Shown here piece after piece: positions 62,147 to 64,000 of a stretch of 64,000 nucleotides of DNA. Made by a program: the position numbers and the translations under genes. This DNA is from a virus: IMG/VR virus record IMGVR_UViG_3300034279_000305, positions 1-64,000 of that record. The stretch is one strand, 5' to 3'. The notes under the pieces were generated by a model, which saw only the letters and a list, made by a program, of their open reading frames with translations, was not told the DNA's origin and searched no databases. Numbering within the stretch: position 1 is the first letter of the stretch; each line of letters starts with the position of its first letter.

Positions 62147-64000
62147 TACTTTTTCTTTCTTTTATTTCTATTGTTGATTCTCTTGCGGTCGATCATACGT
62201 TCTTTTTGTTGAAGGCGAAGGGAAAGTCTACCGACCATTGGCGCCATGCGCTTTACCATTCCTTCAATTCTTGTTTTCTCAGTAGCAGAGAGTGTAGAAC
62301 GGTCACGACCACGGAGGACTCTGCTATAAACCATGTTACGAGCAGCGCGAACAGATCTTGACTTAATACGATCAGGAGTCGCGACACGCTTCAGTGCAAG
62401 GTTTCTTGCCATGTTACGACGTGATTTACTACGCATCATATTGAAACGCTTCTTCAGACGACCTTGTGGAGTAATACCCTCAGCGATATCTTCATCGGAA
62501 TCTTCGTAGTTTAGATCTTCATCGTCATAATAGAAAACTAGATCTTCCCACTCAGAGTTTTCGATCTGGGCAGCAACATCATTTTCGATTGCGACCATAT
62601 CATATTCATCGTGACGATCGTCGCTATTGTAGTCCGTTATATCATCGCGGACTGGTGGAGTTGGATAGTTAGCAGGAGTGATAGAATCTGTGTTAGGTTT
62701 TTCCTGACTGAAGTCAGCAAATTCTTCGTGGATTGCTTTAAGGAAATCTTCATGCGACTTATGTGCACGCTTGATTAATGATTCCTTTTCGATCGACGAC
62801 TTCAGACCATGATACTTGTTCATAAATTTGTCGTGATGGTTAGGAGCAATCTCATGTTCCTTACCATCATAGAACTTTACCTTGGCATTAATCGACTGAG
62901 ACTTATGAAGTTGGTGAACCAGATTCTTTGGTTCATTAGCAGCTGCCTCTTTCGCCTTCGCCTTTTTTCTTGCAATAACTTTTTTAGCACGTGCAATATT
63001 TGCAGGGTCTGACATAGCACGTTGGATTTTTTGTCTAAATTCGTCCCTAGCAGAAACCCCCTTAGCAGAAATTTCCGTCAGAGTTTCTTCGTTAACATGA
63101 CCATCGTGTTCCGAATCAAGACTTTTAAATCCAGACTTAACACCATGATGGAATCCAGTTGCCTGATACCCTTTTTTGAATTTATATGCAGCGCCTTTAT
63201 CAGAAATGTAGTGTAGTTCACCACCCCACCCCTTTAGATGCTTTTTAAACTCTGGTGAGTTGTGATCTTTACTATCGCCCTTGACATGGACAGAGTAGAC
63301 CTTACCTTCGACTTCTTCTGGAAGAATGCTCGACTTAGTTACCTTCGACTTGAACACCTTGTGATCAACGCCAACTCTCTTTGCAGCAACCTTGTGAGCA
63401 TGAGCAGTGTTCTGCGCCTTAACGTGAACAGAACCAGCAGCGACTGCCTTACCAGCATGTTGCTTAGGGAAGTCTACCTTCCACATGCCATGCGCTTCTT
63501 CAGTCTGTGATGCCTTCAGTGCTGCCGCAGTAGGTGCACCCTCAGATCCAGGTTTGCGCATACGCTCACCCGATCCTGCTTTAATGCGCTTACGCTTGGC
63601 ATGAATGTTATCCCACAGTCCACGCTTTTCTTCGAGTTCTGATTCTTCCTTGACAGCATTCTGACGAAGACTCTTGTAACGACGAATAGCAGATTTACGC
63701 TCAGAAGAACCACCAGGAGTTTTTATAAGATCAGCATATGCTTTCTTGATTTCTGGATTAGTCACACCTTCATCAATTTCAACTTCTTCGTGCATCTCTG
63801 GTTTATATTTCTTTTTAAATTCAGAGAATCTGCTAGTGATGTTTTTATCAGTTGGATTGTCAGCAATATGACGACCATGCGCAGAATCAAGGAAGTGCTT
63901 GACCATTACGTTTGGTTTCTTTGCATCAGAAAGATGTCCAGCAGCACCCACTAGTTTCTTAGCATAACGATGCATGGCAGAATATCTCTTATCTTTCTCA
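62146..64000 (-). CDS. Large modular, possibly internal-head, protein (5' end outside the window)
   Basis: Frame is open past 63975 to the window edge; His/Lys-rich modules separated by EEVEIDE, EESELEE and NEETLTE linkers. Confidence 0.65.
   Translation of the reverse strand, partial: EKDKRYSAMHRYAKKLVGAAGHLSDAKKPNVMVKHFLDSAHGRHIADNPTDKNITSRFSEFKKKYKPEMHEEVEIDEGVTNPEIKKAYADLIKTPGGSSERKSAIRRYKSLRQNAVKEESELEEKRGLWDNIHAKRKRIKAGSGERMRKPGSEGAPTAAALKASQTEEAHGMWKVDFPKQHAGKAVAAGSVHVKAQNTAHAHKVAAKRVGVDHKVFKSKVTKSSILPEEVEGKVYSVHVKGDSKDHNSPEFKKHLKGWGGELHYISDKGAAYKFKKGYQATGFHHGVKSGFKSLDSEHDGHVNEETLTEISAKGVSARDEFRQKIQRAMSDPANIARAKKVIARKKAKAKEAAANEPKNLVHQLHKSQSINAKVKFYDGKEHEIAPNHHDKFMNKYHGLKSSIEKESLIKRAHKSHEDFLKAIHEEFADFSQEKPNTDSITPANYPTPPVRDDITDYNSDDRHDEYDMVAIENDVAAQIENSEWEDLVFYYDDEDLNYEDSDEDIAEGITPQGRLKKRFNMMRSKSRRNMARNLALKRVATPDRIKSRSVRAARNMVYSRVLRGRDRSTLSATEKTRIEGMVKRMAPMVGRLSLRLQQKERMIDRKRINNRNKRKKK

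Overview
64-kb segment of a large T4-like (myovirus) phage genome, coded almost entirely on the minus strand. The plus-strand ORFs look like antisense shadows. T4-type markers are a gp61 primase, T4 RNase H, TATAAATA late promoters and about 19 sigma70-type promoters (mostly TTGACT-17 bp-TATACT/TAGAAT). A GapR gene points to an alphaproteobacterial host. From left to right the window holds: (1) a late operon with CsgF, CsgG, two curlin-repeat proteins, a FecR-domain protein and a CHASE2 adenylate cyclase that the ORF track missed because it runs off the window; (2) a DNA base-hypermodification cluster with a TET/JBP dioxygenase, glutamine amidotransferase, amidoligase, GNAT, aGPT-PPase/amino acid:DNA transferase and P-loop kinase, two of which end in clamp-binding-like motifs; (3) many small early genes; (4) a block of eight tailoring enzymes (GT2, Coq4-like, two radical SAM, QueC-like, 2OG oxygenases); (5) 25 tRNA-like genes covering all 20 amino acids only if two structurally aberrant RNAs are counted (a D-arm-rearranged Arg(ACG) and an odd Met(CAU)), interleaved with structured ncRNA candidates and a boxA; (6) nucleotide metabolism and replication genes (nrdA, nrdB, glutaredoxin, thyX, MazG-like, primase); (7) lysis genes, virion proteins and Dps. 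All calls come from reading motifs by eye; no database search or folding program was run.
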